Shown here in pieces: positions 63,246 to 64,000 of a stretch of 64,000 nt of DNA. How positions within the stretch are numbered: position 1 is the stretch's first letter; each line of letters opens with the position of its first letter. Below the pieces are notes generated by a model that saw nothing but the letters and a program-made list of their open reading frames with translations, had not been told where the DNA came from and made no database searches. Source of the stretch: Eledone cirrhosa (Eukaryota); the NCBI GenBank assembly GCA_964016885.1, contig CAXHJY010000970.1, positions 1 to 64,000 of the forward strand, given 5' to 3'. Position numbers and translations under genes: made by a program.

Positions 63246-63360
63246 CTCTGGAAGAAATCTGCTGTCTTCTGACCTGGAGCGGAAATGGGCTTCGCCAGGT
63301 TTAAAAAGTTTGCTAGAAATGCTATATGGCAATACAGCGCCCCTGTGACTTTCTCAGGAG
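63246..63360. repeat. About 115-bp dispersed repeat; diverged inverted copy at ~56175-56290
   Basis: CTCTGGAAGAAATCTG..GACCTGGA..ATGGGCT..CCAGGTTT..CGCCCCT..GACT..CTCAGGAG is the reverse complement of 56175-56290. Confidence 0.65.
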
Positions 63361-64000
63361 TTTTGGGACCAAGAATGCAATTGAATGTTATATAGTTGAA
63401 GTGAGAAAGGCACTGAGATCTTTATAATGGAATAAGGCAGTGTACTTGTTGTATTTCTTTATCCCTTTTATTGGTATATTGTTAATGTAATACACAGCAT
63501 TTGAATTAACTAATGCAGAATTTTGGGATTTCTACTAAAACTATTAAGTATTTCATTACTTAGTGTTGATAATATAACTTAACAAAAGCTTCTTATATCA
63601 AATTATATTGGAAGATTTTAAAATGGGTGGTTTCATTTCATCAAAACCAGAAACAGTTTTGGGCAGGTTGGTATTTAAAGAGAGAAGGAACCTTGATTAC
63701 TGATTACCTTTGAATAAATGAATGTTTCATCATAACAGCTATCATTGTAGAAATAGCCCCAATAGATGCTGTTTTTATTGTATTTAGGGGCATGCAGTTT
63801 AGTTTTATTGCAGAAAACAATTTCTGAAACATAGTTTCTTCATTTTAGAGAAAAAAAAATGTGTTTTGGTTTCAAAGTTAATTTAAAGAATGATGTGCTC
63901 ATGCACGGAGATGCGATAAAATAGCTTATAAAATATGGTGAAGACCCTTAAATATGGAAAAAGAAGTTGACATCAGTGCTTATTTTAAACAATGTGTTGC

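Overview
Eukaryotic, very AT-rich genomic DNA. The repeat families look like those of an octopus or other cephalopod (inference from memory, not a database result). The window has two domains. (1) About 1-40,400 is a ~40 kb retroelement cluster built inside interrupted (TA)n microsatellite. It holds three RTE-type LINE copies, one CR1/L2-group LINE 3' fragment and two different Penelope-like element (PLE) families: PLE-1 as an 11 kb head-to-head inverted double tandem, and a Naiad-like PLE-2 as a partial tandem. It also holds two non-coding, hammerhead-ribozyme (HHR) elements, one being a 310-bp tandem retrozyme-like array predicted to make a circular RNA. Ten HHR motifs from five sequence families are visible in the window (four have a weak stem I), plus one degenerate one. 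Nearly all inserts share one orientation relative to the G-containing strand of the (TA)nTG tracts. (2) About 40,400-64,000 is ordinary intron-like DNA with old SINEs, MITEs and LINE relics, one 73-bp coding exon of a REEP1-4-family gene, and an RFX X-box about 750 bp upstream of it. The many Ile/Tyr-rich ORFs are microsatellite artefacts. All structures and alignments were read by eye.
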